Part shown: in pieces, positions 39,801-53,300 of the stretch | How positions within the stretch are numbered: the first letter of the stretch is position 1 | Layout of the letters: each line of letters begins with the position of its first letter | NCBI GenBank assembly: GCA_973851085.1 | Contig: OZ316776.1 | Span: forward strand, 6,820,001-6,884,000 | DNA: 64,000 nucleotides | From: Ptychomitrium polyphyllum | Taxonomy: Eukaryota | Direction of reading: 5' to 3' | The notes under the pieces: generated by a model | Seen by the model: the letters and a program-made list of their open reading frames with translations, nothing else | Told to the model about the DNA's origin: nothing | Database searches by the model: none | Translations under genes and position numbers: made by a program

Positions 39801-41661
39801 TCCTACTTTCTTTTTCCTATCAGTTCAGAGCCGTGGATACTGGAATTTGTGGATTTTGGAAATGAAAAGCGGCGTGATACCTGGTTTGCAATTATCAAAG
39901 AAGTAATGACAGCATACTGGTTTATTGATGAATATGGGCCCAAAGAGAACGATCCTTCTTTAAGCTACATGGATGGGTCGAAACAGGGCCGGAAGAGGGC
40001 AATTATATCTGCTGCAAATAGCATTGCTAGGTTACAGGTACCCTCTCATCGCTCGATCTCAATTTTATGAGGTCCTCCCTTCTACTATCAAGTCATAATA
40101 ACATGCTGGTATTCTGTGGTGTTTGAAACAGGCTGTTCAACACATGTTTGGCCATTCACCAGACGATCCAAGAAGTCTACTTCAGTTTTATTCCATTAAG
40201 GATGCTCCGAGTGTGGAATTAGTATTCGAGACGCTTGCAGTAAGTTTTTGGGCGGGCCGCATGGACTCAAGGGCTAAGGAGTCAAATGCTTCCAACAACG
40301 GAGGGGAAGAGTCACAAGCGCTTGGGCAGAACGCTGTGGGTGAGGATGGTAGTGTTTATCTTTCCAGGTGGATGACGTCGCCAACTTGGAACTCAACAAA
40401 GTCTCAGAACTTCTGGAAATCTTACAAAGGGAGCGCATCACGAGGATTGGTTCTCGGTAAGAATTACGTCGTTGGGGGTTTGACAAACTTTGATCGGGCA
40501 GTTCGGGCATGGCGGGAACAGAGTCGTGTTATTGATAAAACGAAGGCAACGATTGATGGAGCTAAAGTGAAGGGAATTCCAACCAATGTGGATCTTCTCA
40601 AGGTGCTTATCCCCTGATGGAGCTTTTGGATGGTCGTACCATTTTTTCGAAGTCAGGGTGGACTCTGTAGAACACTCGGCTAACTTGTAGACTTTACTAT
40701 TTTGCAGGAGCTCATGTTACCATTCTCGATAATTGCCGTGAATATCCAGAAACTGAAACGATGGGAAGAGCCAGGAGCAACTGCTGGGTTTTTGATTGCA
40801 GCTATGGGGATAGTGTACATGTAAGTTGCACGTACCTCATCTATCTCAAATGCGATTCTTGGTAGCATTCTCAGAGTATTGCGGAGTGTTGGGCTTGCTT
40901 TTGCTGATGTAAATTATGTTCAGGAATTGGCTTCGCTACGTGTTTCCAACGATTCTGCTCACATGCGCTGGAATACTTTTCGCTTTGCGAGGTCTGAAAG
41001 CTCAAGGGCGATTTGGGCATGATTTTGGGAAAGTGGTCATTCGGGATCAACCGCCAACAAACACAATACAAAAAATCATGGCATTGAAGGATGCGTTGAC
41101 AGCATTAGAAGACTTCCTACAAAATACAAACATTGGTCTCTTGAAGCTTCGGAGCGTTGCACTCTCAAGACACTTGCATGTTAGTGTTTTCTTTCTTGAT
41201 GAGTTCTTCGATTGTTTTACAAGTTCTAGATGCTCGCTACTGGTATAAATATAAGCGGAACAAAATGTTCTTTAGTGTACCTCTACACTTCAGGCTCACC
41301 TTGTCCAGTGATGCTGACGAATTTTATCGTTTGTTGGCTGCAGTCTACAAACGAGGTTCTTTGGTCCCTACTCGCTGCTGGCGTTGTCACATGGTTCGTC
41401 CCCTTCCGGTACATTTTTGCTGGAATTCTTATCGATCAATTCACGAGCGAGTTGCCAATTCGAAAGAAGAGTGTGGAGGAGTTTTTCAGCCGTGTCAAGG
41501 ACTGGTGGTCCATGATTCCAGCCACGCCGGTGGAAGTTCTACCCCCAGAAAAATCTTCTAATCAGACAGATGCTCATTTGCCGGAGGAGTCCAGTGATGG
41601 ACCAAACCAAGGAGAAGCTGTATTACAGGCACTCTCCGAGTGGTTGGGTGACGATCAATAG
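36887..41661 (+). CDS. DUF639-family plant protein, ~12 coding exons, Ser/Thr-rich N-terminus (possible transit peptide)
   Basis: LSPSAINTIEQFSRLNGMTGKKM, NLVEFCVFRYL, AFRRLTFTAMLAW, WPGRLTLSDRALYFE, KATIDGAKVKGIPTNVDLLKEL and PPTNTIQKIMA are typical of this family. GT-AG introns; TAG at 41659-41661. Confidence 0.88.
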
Positions 41662-42051
41662 AACTCGCAGTTCGGTTGTACTTCTTCTATCAGCTAACTT
41701 GCGTCTGGCGCTCCACCAGAAATGGGTGATGAATCTGCTTTCTACGCTTGCCTATTGAGAATATAACAAATTGGTAACAATGTTCGGTATCCTTGGCATC
41801 TCCGAAGTAGTCTTAAACTCGCTAGCGTCTACAAACCAGATTGTATGTTGTAGGCTGATTGCATAAACTTCGTCGTCGTAGGTAATTCGTAGTAAAGTTT
41901 TGTTCTACGTGTGTATCATAAACTATCCTTGTGCATCTTTCATTTTGGGTGCACCAACATTTTTGTAGTGACCAATAACAATATTTTACAAAATCCATCT
42001 GAGAGCTACACGCTAAGTTCATACAAAATCTGTCGGAGATATGTGATAAAT

Positions 42052-42618
42052 CTACTTGTTCTTTCCATCATCAGACGAGAAGATGTCACTCACAGTGTCT
42101 CCAACTGTTCCGGCCATTCTAATGACGTTGTTCGCAATCGCAGTGGCGATCCTGCTTGCACTGAGACAGAACCGCGACGTAAAATCTTCACCAGGAGCAA
42201 CACCCGGCCGTGCAAGTGGATTACGGTGCACATGTGCACCGGCTTCCTCTTTAGAATCTTGAGGAGCGTTCACAGGCCTTCTATCTGCCAGAAATTCAAT
42301 CCCGACACACAAAGGCAGCTCTCCGACTCCCTCGGGAGGTTTCACGTTCCGCGAGCCGGTGGATATGACCTCCTTATGAAGCCCATATCCCACGCAGTCG
42401 TACTTGAAATCTTTGGTGGCACTTCTCTCTTCCAAGGTTCGGTACGAGTGAGGGATGGTGCGGCTAAACCCGTAGCAGGTAGGATTCTGGTTACTGTCGC
42501 GCAAAAAGCTGGAGTAGTAGAGGCATCCTCTGCACGTCCGACTCCTGGGATGTACGATTCCTCGCTCAATCGCAGCAGTGTCTGTAGGGCAAGGCTCCTC
42601 TTTTTCTCCTGGCGGCAT
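42052..42618 (-). CDS. Conserved uncharacterised plant protein (188 aa), intronless CDS
   Basis: The blocks TCRGCLYYSS..NPTCYG, FKYDCVGY, ELPLCVGIEFLAD and FTSRF..ASRIATAIANNV resemble a small Cys-containing land-plant family (from memory). Confidence 0.75.
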   Translation of the reverse strand: MPPGEKEEPCPTDTAAIERGIVHPRSRTCRGCLYYSSFLRDSNQNPTCYGFSRTIPHSYRTLEERSATKDFKYDCVGYGLHKEVISTGSRNVKPPEGVGELPLCVGIEFLADRRPVNAPQDSKEEAGAHVHRNPLARPGVAPGEDFTSRFCLSASRIATAIANNVIRMAGTVGDTVSDIFSSDDGKNK

Positions 42619-45600
42619 TATTTCCTCTAAAACGGAGCTAGGGCTAGTTGTCCTCTCTTCTTCGTCTTTGAAAAGTAGTGAGACGATGCAGAGGTTGTAG
42701 CGCAGATGATTCTCGTGTGATACTTCGTCAGAAGAGGATGGATCATGAGAAATATAGATGATGACCGGCTGATTAGGATCGCTGAAGTTTGCAAAGCAAC
42801 ATTGAAAACTTCGGCAATCCTGCTATCACATTTGTAACGTGGTTCGACAATTCTTGCTAGAATTTGGTGCAACAGTTGTGCCAAGGATTTTAGCCTTACT
42901 GGTGAGCTGGTTGGAATCTATTTTTGTAACTTCAACATCTCACCTGAAGGACGTGGAAACCTAATCGGCTTGGGAGTGCTTTGCATGATGATGGTAATCG
43001 TCGTGACTGACGATTGGGCTAGTCAGCCTGGATCGCGACGGTTGGCCGGACAGCAAGCAAATATCAAGGTAAATACTTAATTAGATTACTTCTCAATTAT
43101 CACGCTGCGACCCAGTGTTGCGTTCAAGCTGCTATTTCAAGCATATGTTGCAATGACAGTCAACAGTAGCAGGGATATGATGCGTATAGGTAGTAAAATG
43201 CCACTTATAAATTGAATTTGATCGTGACTCCAATTTAAAGTCAGTTTTCAACATTCTTGCACACACCTCTTCGACTATATCATCAACTGAGAATGGACCT
43301 TAAATTTCCAATTTGATAAGGCTGCAAATGCTTTCAACGAAAATGATCGCAGACGAGCAGTTTCTGTCCATGTCACTTATTTTCTTCATAATCTTCAAGA
43401 AACAGATTTGTCACCATTGAATGCTTAGTGGCACATCAACTACTTCGATATGGTTTTGCGCAGGTCCTTCAGGCCAACACGAGAAGCTTTTGTTGTCTGA
43501 GAAAATGATACTCTTAACAGATTTACAATTTTCAAGTTCCTGGGTGTTGGGTTTTTTTAATCGGCCAATAATTGCGATGCACTTATTGCTGAATACTCAT
43601 CGACTGTTACAAAATTGTGTTGAGAGCACAGAATGCTCGAGTTTTGGAAAGTATTTTGAGGTTCGAAATAATATCTTAGCTGACGATCCACCCTGGGCCC
43701 CTTCTACTTCATACTCCCTTTATGGCTCACTCAACAAATGACACAACAAGAATTAAAAACTCCTTAACAATGCTCACTAATTTAAAATATAACAAAAACT
43801 TACTGATTTCTTGTTGCTATGGCTACCTTTACACTTACAAAACTCTTTGACTGCGTTTTTCTTTCTACATAATATGGGTTATCAAATAATGCGATGCTCA
43901 ACTAAGGAAGTCCAGAGGAATATCCACAAAGAACAAGCAATCCAAGCTTACCACCAGCCGAGATCTATCGTGTGCATGCTGTACTTCAGATTAGTGAACA
44001 TTGATGTAGCTCCATGCGCCTGTCTCTATTTCACACGAATATATTTTGGGCTTATGTTCAGGTTCCTAGGTTAACGGAGAGTAATCACTTACAAACAAAT
44101 TGTAAAGGACGCCTTTCAGGAAGATGCTTGAGCAGGCAAAGTTCTTATCTCTCGGTACTTCACAAAGCTTCGACCACTGGCTAGTTGTTGAGACATAGAG
44201 ATAGACTTCCTCGTGTTGAATTTGTGCTCCTTTCTAACTGCTGAATGATTACATGAATTCTGTGGCTTTGAGTTGCATGGTCTCCAGATATGACAACGAT
44301 ACTGCTGTGGTATGAGAAACGAAAATTGAGTTCCGTAACGTGGTGAACATTCTTGCTCACGGGGTTGCGTTGGATATGGTGCCAACCTCTCGTCCAAAAA
44401 TTAAAATAGATAGCATAGATAAGCCCTCCATCGGCAGCCAACGTGCGTCTCGTCTAATCGATGTGCCGATGTGCGTCAAGAGAATATAATGTTCTTCCCT
44501 TCTTCATGATTCTTTCTGAAAACCCTGTAAAAATAAAGAAAAGAGTTGCTCAAACAGTATTTCCGCTTCTCCTTGACGTCTAGTATTTCCTAACTAACCC
44601 TTCCCTTTCTGTGGAGAAACCATTCGGGTGGAAGTCCAACGCCTTTTGAAAGACTTTCTTGGGCGAGACAAGGATAGAAGGTGCTCGGCGAGGTGCTTGG
44701 GCTCGAAGAGATGCAGATTCAGGCCGAATAAACCAGACGATTCCATGCCTTGCAAACCAGACGACATGGGCAGAGGACGTGGACTGGAAGGCGAGCTAAC
44801 AAAATCTCACGCAATTCGGGCGGTAAATCTTTGCACACGCGTGCTGGGGTTCTCGCTATGACCTCCCCAATTTTCTGAAAAGATGCTAGTTATCTTTAAG
44901 CTTAATTATCTTCTCTCGACTTAAGCTTCTTTCTCATCTGAATACAGGTCGATTTCTAAGAGCGTGGTCAACTTGCATTACACCTCTGTATATTTCACCT
45001 TCACGTCTTTCAGCTCCAACTTACAAATCCAACGCCATTACATTTAGGTTTTCGCATTCAGCTAGCTTCCGTATAAACGTACTGATCTCAACATCACCAT
45101 GTCACAAGCAGATTGCAACACAACGCTCAAAATTCCTGCGCACGATATTGTACAAAGTTGCTTCGCAAGCAAACGTTTATTAAGTTGCAGTGTCAATGGC
45201 ATTGGTATTAGCTCTTAGTATGCAACTTTGAGTGTCCACCACCCACAAAGTATGACCGGTTGAAGACTGCCATAGACCGTATCATAACCTGAGTGACGAC
45301 AGTGCTACTTGAATAGCATAGGTTGTCTCCAAGGGACTGTAGACTACAAAGTATCAAGAAAATACTTAAAGACATGGAAAAGAATTGGACAATATAAGAT
45401 TGTCCAACCTGCTTAGTAAGAAGATAAGAGGATACTTTCCATGGGAGGGCAAAATCTGAGTAAATCTTGTTGGAAGAAATGGGCAGCAGCATGTTGTTCT
45501 CTAACTTCGCTGGTGATCAGTCAACCCTGTTCGAAAGCTGTGATCTGCACTCGCCGACATAAGAAAAGCATCTTAACCAATTGCAACATGATGTAATAAA

Positions 45601-45936
45601 TTCTCATGGCCCAAAAGCATATGAATATCTTGCAAATGTTAGAGATTTCTGTGCGTACAATGTCCAACGGCAAATTATACATACTCATTAACTCTGACCG
45701 CATGATGATTAGTTTCTTAGCTGGAAAGTTGAAGTTAGGGAGCTATGACGTGCTTGAAGAAGGGAGACGATTAAATCTTGATGAAGAAGACTGCGTTCGT
45801 TCCCACTCCTTTCAGCTTTTCTTAACATATGTTACAAGTAATAAAGGACACTCTACTTGCTTTAGGGAAGTGGATAACTCCCAAGTGCCGGATATTGAAG
45901 CTGCCTTGGTGAACTCTGGACAGTAGTTCCACATTT

Positions 45937-48626
45937 CTAGCTCCTGCGAGAATGCAAATATCCTCAATATTTTTTAAAAGAGATAATTCTACAGTTGATG
46001 TACTTCAGCGCTAAAATCAAACCATACTCGGATCAATATTAAAATGCCACAGGTGTGTTGAGAACTTACATCAGCCTTTGGTGGAAATCTGTCCGATTGC
46101 TGATATTTCCCCTACTCAAATAGGTGCATGGATCCAGTGCATCCGCATCTTCACTACAATCTCGCATATATTTCATGCTAATGCTTCTCTTAGTCATAAA
46201 ACCAGCAGTAAGACAATCATTCAGCTTGTAGTTAATGTTACTGCCCCCCCGCATCTCATAATCACCAGGGCTTGCACTAGACAGACTTGCTGAATTTGAA
46301 GCTTGTGAACACGAATCAAAGTCACATGCCAATAGAGGTTGTCTCTCTTGCATATTCCCGCAGATGGTTTTCAGTAACTTGACCACTTCTTCAGACAACA
46401 ATGCCCGGCCTGCTTCTTTCACCAAGTCCAGTTTTGAATACGTTTCGGGTGAAGAATCTGGTTGATTTATCTGTCCCACATTTCCACCAAGGCATGAATT
46501 AGAGGCTGTCAAGCATGAGAAATAGAAGCCATCCAAGTTGCAAGATAAGCCTCTTTGATGTACATGGTTATTTAAGAGATGATTTGTAACAGTTCTGTTA
46601 TCCATATGTCACGATTGAAGTAGAGTGTCTGAAGTGATCCTTTTTGAAGTATTTTGAAAGCTATAGTACCTTCTCAATGTCTGGGGAATGGTGATCAAGT
46701 TTGCAACCTCCATCAAGCTCGCCAGCGGCAGGTATGTCCTCCTCCTTGGTATCGTCCTCACCATTCTCAGCATCAACAGAGCCTTGGTAACTTAAACCGC
46801 AGTTGAAGGTTGTATTTTTAGGATTCGATGCTGAAGAGGATGTCCGAATGTTCGTCCTCTGTTCGAACTCAGCTGTTGAAGTCCTCATTGTCCTCCTTGT
46901 CGAAATGGTTTCTTGATTTAGTGGCTTGCGTGGAAGACGTAAAGTGTGCTGAAGGTCCTTGTCTTGTCCAGGTAGCCTAAGAGTACTTTGTGCTTTCACA
47001 ATGCGAGCCATGGGTGCACTTTTGTTGCTTACCAGATCTTTTCTTCCAAATCGAGCATTTCTTGTCACTGGTGGCTTCCCGTTCTCAGTCTTGGTTCTTG
47101 GGGGCTGTGAACAACTTTTTCCAACATCGGAGGGGCTTACAGGAGCAGGTGAAATAAGCGGAGTACCATCTTCATCGTCTTTTGGAGCACTTAATTTCAT
47201 GGGGACGAAGGGAAGTGTATGTGTAGGAGATGAGTTGATCTCTCGATGTTCCTTTTTCGCGAGGGATAGCCTTCTCCTCTGAAGGTCTCTCGTGTTCCCG
47301 AGGGATGCCTTTGGAAGGGAGCAACTCCTTTGAGATTGAGATTTCTGAGGAGGTACTAAAGTAGAAGTGCGCTTCGGCTCTGAGGAGTCTTTAGGGAAAA
47401 GTGAAGATTTGAAGGAGCTGCCAATGTCTACAGAATTTCTTGAAGGGATTGACTCAGCTTTGATGGAGCTTCTTTTATTTTCCGTAACCTTTCCTGTTGA
47501 TAACGAGGGCTTTGAGAGATTACTCTTCCTTGGAGACAGCGAAGGGTTTGAGTTGATCCTTGCAGAGTCTTTAGGGGACATCAAAAGGGAATCCAAGATC
47601 TCTACGTTCTCTGGAAACATAATTTGGTTAGGACTCTGCCAGATTGTCTCTTTATCCGTTACAGGCATGACTTCAATTTCAATTTCCCTCCTAAGGACAG
47701 TGATTTGCTTCTCAAGAGAAATGATTTCTTCCTCAAGAACCGCAACTTCGAGCAGCAAATCCCTCGTCTGCAGCATCAATACAATCGGGTTTTTATTTCA
47801 CATAATCGTTCCTCTGAAGTTCCCTCCATGCAGATCTAGACATGTCCATACGAGTTTAAAATCCACAACTATAAACAGCCGTTCTACATAAACTATCTTG
47901 AATATTCAGGTATCCCGAAGTCTCCTCAGACCATACGAAGGTTATATAAGCTGCTTGATGTCCAGCTCCTCATACGTAGCACTTCAAGGCAGGTTACCAC
48001 CTCACATCGCCATCTATGATTAATCTGCGTTTCGATAACAAAGCACCAAAAAGAACAAGGGGTGATCGACAGACCTCAACAGGCAAGCTGGCATATATTC
48101 TAGGGAGAGACCCTAGAGGCCTGCTCAGTCCACGGCTGAGAGCATTGCGCATTTTTATCTCAATTATAAGCTGCTTTTGAAGCTGAGAAACCTGATTACG
48201 CCACATCAAAAAGTCGGAAGATATATCAGGGCCCCAGAAGTCAGAAACAATTAAACCAATTTCTGAAAGTCAAATCGAAGTCGAGGAAGACACTCACATC
48301 CCTCTCCAGAGCAGCCCGCTGATCTCTTCGCTCCAGCCTCTCATCTTTGCTAAAGACCTTATTGCTCACTTCTTTGACCTGCACTTTTTAAGAGTGAAGA
48401 CCACGTGCGCTTGAAACAATTCAGAAAACCGCGATTTAAACGGTTATACCATCAACTCTGAGAAATGTCCAATGACTTGAAACGTGGAATTGGGAGTTAC
48501 CAAGCTTACGTACTTTGACAGATTCGTCATAGTCGATGGGAACATGTGACACATCATACGGTATGTCCTGCATTGAGCTTTCCTAACATAGATCCTGGAT
48601 ACTTCAAACACGACAAGCTTCTCCAT
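45937..48626 (-). CDS. Ternary-complex-factor MIP1 leucine-zipper (DUF547-family) protein, apparently lacking the C-terminal DUF547 domain; start codon uncertain
   Basis: Spliced exons give RAALERD|VSQLQKQL..MRNALSRGLSRPLGSLPR..LPVE|TRDLLLEVAVLEEEIISLEKQ, then a long Ser/Pro/Lys-rich linker and LLSEEVVKLL..DP. The next canonical splice gives a stop at 45937-45939. Confidence 0.75.
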
Positions 48627-50284
48627 CAGCAATCTCGCACTTCAGTCAGTTACATACCTTGTTTATCTGAGCTTCTCTATATTCAGGTTGCACGTAAATA
48701 CTGGAGGTGCTCTAAGAGGTGCGTGATAAGCTAACAAGATAACATGGAGTCTTTGTTATAGTTTTGATGAAGCACTACTAGCATTGCTATCAGGAACCGA
48801 ACTTAGAGATAGTAGTTTGAAGCATCAGGTGGTGATCCTCTAACTGGATTATCAATTGCAGAAAGAGAGTGAATAATGTGTAGACGTCAAAACAAACCGG
48901 GAAGGCCCACTGAATTTCTCGCTTCACAATGCAAGGGGACTCATAGAATCCTGACCGTAAACCCTGCGCCAGCACAAACGGAAGCTTGTTACAAGTGTCG
49001 ATTGAAAGATCTCCGCCGCAACTCCAACGTATCAACCTTCTCTATCCCCTTGCAAAAGCTGAATTGTGTTCCTTCACCACTGTATCCCAGGAGAGTACTA
49101 AGGTATGCATTCTAGGTCAAATCTCGTCACTCTTTGTTAAATACAGAGGAAGCGAATGAAATCAATTTCCCTAAAGCATCCTCTAGGCTTTGGAAAAGTC
49201 CGTCCATAACAACACATTTGTACAACTAGCAGGTGACATTATTGAAGGAAGCACAAAGAACTTTGAAATTACTCTTAACAACGATCAAACAGCAAAGACG
49301 ACAGTGATAACAAATTCCACTTCGGAAGAAAACTAAACACTAGGAAATGCATTTACACCTCCATTCTATACGATGATCACTATTATGTATACCTTAAGCC
49401 TCTCCCGGTCGCATACCAGTGTAGCAGCAATCTCTGCAGGTAAAAAGAAACCGAAAGAAGAAAGAAAGAACACTCGCCGATTCCAAAAGCTTAAAGGTGT
49501 ATACACGAACACCTAGGAAATATCTCCCTGAGGAGCGTGAGTGACGACGACTTTAATCTACCTTCCTGCCCACACGACCTGGTCTCTCGATCACATAGAA
49601 CCTCACATTGAATGCGCAGTGTAATATAGACAGATCAACTCTGGAGCGCACGACAGCTTTTGGCAGCGGCCGCGTGCTAAGAAATTCTTCAGCCTGGCAA
49701 CGAACGCATAAGCAGGAGTAGCACTAACGTGAAGCTGAAAAGGAGCCTCGACTTGCATGTCAGTCCGTAGTACGCCGAATGTGCGTGCGCTCGCTGGTCA
49801 TGGCAGTGCCGAGGGACGACCAGACGGAAAGACGTACAGCAGAAACCAATCGCGGTCTCATAATGCAGCGTCGCCCTCCCCTGCGCCCAGCGCCCTGTGC
49901 CCTCGCCAGAGGCAATCAATCAACGCAACATGTAAGTACTCATCGGTGCTCCGTCCTTCTCCGCCTGTGCGCCACAGGCCAGCGCAACGACGGTTATCAT
50001 TTTGCCGTGAAATGGAAAACTCTGACAGAAACCTCAAAATTAACTCCTAATGCTGTCTGCAATGGAATTACGATGAAAGAAGTTGCAGGTGCGTCGTCGT
50101 CATCGTCGTCGTCCTGTGTGAGAGTTGGCTGGCTCTGCTCTTAAGCTGGAGAGGACGAGGAGCGGCGAGGAGTTTTCTGGGCCATGAAACTACATGATTA
50201 CTTGTAGCGCCGACGCAAAACTGCGCACAAGGAACTGCGACCTGGCTTGCAATGTATGCTCTCACGCTGTGGACGCATGAACCC

Positions 50285-50349
50285 CCCTTGTATCACCCTT
50301 GTATCACCCTTGTATCACCCTTGTATCACCCGAGTATCACCCAAGTATC
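50285..50349 (+). repeat. 11-bp tandem repeat (CCCTTGTATCA)x4 plus 2 degenerate copies
   Basis: Read directly from the sequence. Confidence 0.95.
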
Positions 50350-53300
50350 TACACCGCATCACACCCGTATAATGTCTGTGTCACATCAGTGTCACCTGAG
50401 TATGATCTAGGTATTAGTTGTGAATGGTGGTTACAATGCCTTGATACTACTGCTACCAAGAATCACATAGTTTGAACACAATATAACAGGATACAAACAT
50501 GTTATCACGGGAATTAAATCAAAATATCACCTAAGTTTGATCTACTTGGGGTAAGATATCTTTTGGATAATTCATGGATGTTCTTGGAATATTGTCCTTC
50601 TTAAGATGCCTGTTTGCATGGGAAGAAGAATCTTATGGTGTTAGGGCACAGCAAGTCTCCATGGCTTGTAACATGCTTAAATCATGCACTTTTGACAGGA
50701 TACCTGCCTGCGTACCACACATGGTAATGTCAGTGTCAAAGAATCTTAGCCTAGGGCATTGTATGTCTAGTGGTTTGTGATACCATTCAATGGAAGTGCA
50801 AACTCTCCATAATTCTATCTGAATTTTCTCATATATACCACCCTAGTGTCACAGTCTACATCAATACATGAACATAAAATAATATTGAGTTGCTAGCTTT
50901 CATATTGGTTACTAGCTTTCATATTGGTTACTAAAGTTATTTAAAGTGCTAAGCAGTGCCAGTACAAGAACATTGCCAACCTGAGCAACATAACTCAATA
51001 ACTTAACACAAACTCCTCTTGAGAAGCATTAGTACAAGTTTGCACCACATCATTAAATAGAGGAGCATCACAAATCAGAAGGGGAGTTCTTTTCTTCAGC
51101 TTTTTTGGCTTGCTACCTTGAACTATCATCACGACTGCTTAGAGAAATACAGACATGCAATGCTCATTCCTTGGTCATCCTTGTGGAACACCTCTCTGCT
51201 CTCATTCATTATTCAGAGGAATTTTGACATGTTTCAGATATCATTCCAAGAAGAAGTTACTGTAATCAAATGTTATGTGCAAGCATGTTCTCTGCTCTTT
51301 ACTCCAGACAAGTATTAGCTCACAGGTATTTTGAGCTGGTCAAAAAGTATGAGAACTTATACCCTAAATCTACTCTGGCTTTTGGCCTTGATTTTGGAAC
51401 ACTGACCTTTTGGCATATGTATACTGGATACAAATCCCAACAGATACAAACTTTCAGGATGTTGGGCTGTATATCAACATTTGTCAGAGGTTGAAACAAT
51501 TCAGTGCTACTGGTGGGAAATCATCAATAAGTAACACCTGCGGCAGTGTGTGCATGAAAGGCATGGGTTTAGTTGGTGACATTGCTTAGAAATTCCCTCA
51601 ATTTTCAATAGAACACATTTCTCAAGAAGTTAGCTTTCCACCACATAGTACAGAATGTTTGAGAAGCCAAGAAACCCACAATTGACCATGTTTTGGTTGC
51701 ATTTGCCATGGAAAAATTCCTAGTGCTATGGTGCATCATTGCGTTTGGCATCTTTATAATAATTTTGAAGGGACCCATCTCATATAATGCTCATCAGTGC
51801 TGCAATATTCCCAAGTAGGGTCTTGTTTCAATGCATTCCCTACTGTTCCAAATTCCAAGATCTTTGTCGTCTGCTTGTTTATGTCCTGATATTATTCAAT
51901 CAAAAAACCTTGTCAACAGCTTCAGACCAAAAAAATTAAACAGAGGCTGGTTTATCAGGAGTTCAACCAAAAAAATCTGCCTTCAACCTTCTGTAAGTTT
52001 CTAAAAGGGTGTAATAGCTGATTGACAATTGTAGTTCAAATGTGGTTGATCTTTTGTCAAACCTCCTGTATACATTAAACTTGATCCATAGCAAATAGTA
52101 CCTTAGATCTTGTATAACTTACATCAGCATTTTGCAAAAGATCTGTGAACTGGAGGTGCTGCATGGAGTGAACTCTAATCCAATTTCCTTTATCAATGCC
52201 ATAGCTTATTCAAAGTTTGATAGTGAGCTATGAGCTTGTCTGAGGTTTGGACCTTCAGAGCATACTTATGTGTAAGGTCAAAAACTAGAAGGTTTGAGGG
52301 GCAATTCTTAGCTGATGGTAGTAACATGCAAAAAGGTAAAACCACAATACAGAAATTCTTGTTGTCTAAGAAGAAATTCACTCTACCTCTGCCATATGAT
52401 AGTTACTGATATCAGTAATTTTATTTGCAGTGAACACTATATTTGCATATTCTTTTCACAAGTGCATCAAGAGTACATCATTGTATTCCACAAATTTACG
52501 TTGGACACAGTCACAAAACAAATTTTATTGGGAAACTAATAAAGTGCAAGCATGGCTTATAAGTATGGTCAGTTGAGCCAAGAGTCTGGTGGCCAACATG
52601 GCTGTGAATATTTCACTATTTTTTTTCTAGCATTCAGCCCAACTCTATGAGCTGATAATCAGACTGCTCAGACACTTGATGAGTTGGGTGCATTCACCAG
52701 ATTTGCAGGTAGGATCATTCCACATACCTGCAGATCAGATGATGGATGACAGTTGAACACATGCAGCCTCAATTTCTTCTTTTAAAAATTACAAGGGGCT
52801 AGGATTTATGTTGGCCAATGTTTATGATTTAGGATAACAATTTTCAACCTGGCCTGAACCAGTACAGTCATCCTTTCCACAGCAGAACTCTCTGCCTGTG
52901 TTGCTTTGCTTAAAAGTATCAAGCAAATCAGCCTTACTAATAGTAATGTCTTGACTTCTACATCTTCAGTTCTGCTTCTGGCAAAAACTGGTCATCCTGC
53001 ATTACCAAAAGTAAGGTTAAATTGGTTCCACAGGCTACTACCAACAAGTTGGGTTAATAATGTCCTAAGTGGCTATACTTGATGCTGGTTCTAGTCAGCA
53101 ATGAACCATGATATTTAAAAAGATATTATGGCTGCCTGCTACTTCAGCAATATTCCAACCTTAAAGCTGCAACTACCTTCAGCAAGTAACAGTTTGTGTC
53201 CTTGTTATTAAAGCTGTTAAAGCCCCGAGGACTTGTGGTGTTTGCCAATTGAAAAAAAAGCAGCTAGAAACTCTGCATTATATTGTGATCTAGTGAGGTG

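Noticed and set aside
41911..42630. 239-aa plus-strand ORF
   Set aside because: Antisense shadow of the conserved minus-strand CDS; no recognisable features.
51780..51835. KQDPTWEYC resembling a BED zinc-finger start
   Set aside because: No correctly spaced Cys/His follow in frame, and it overlaps the alternative HAD-like reading.
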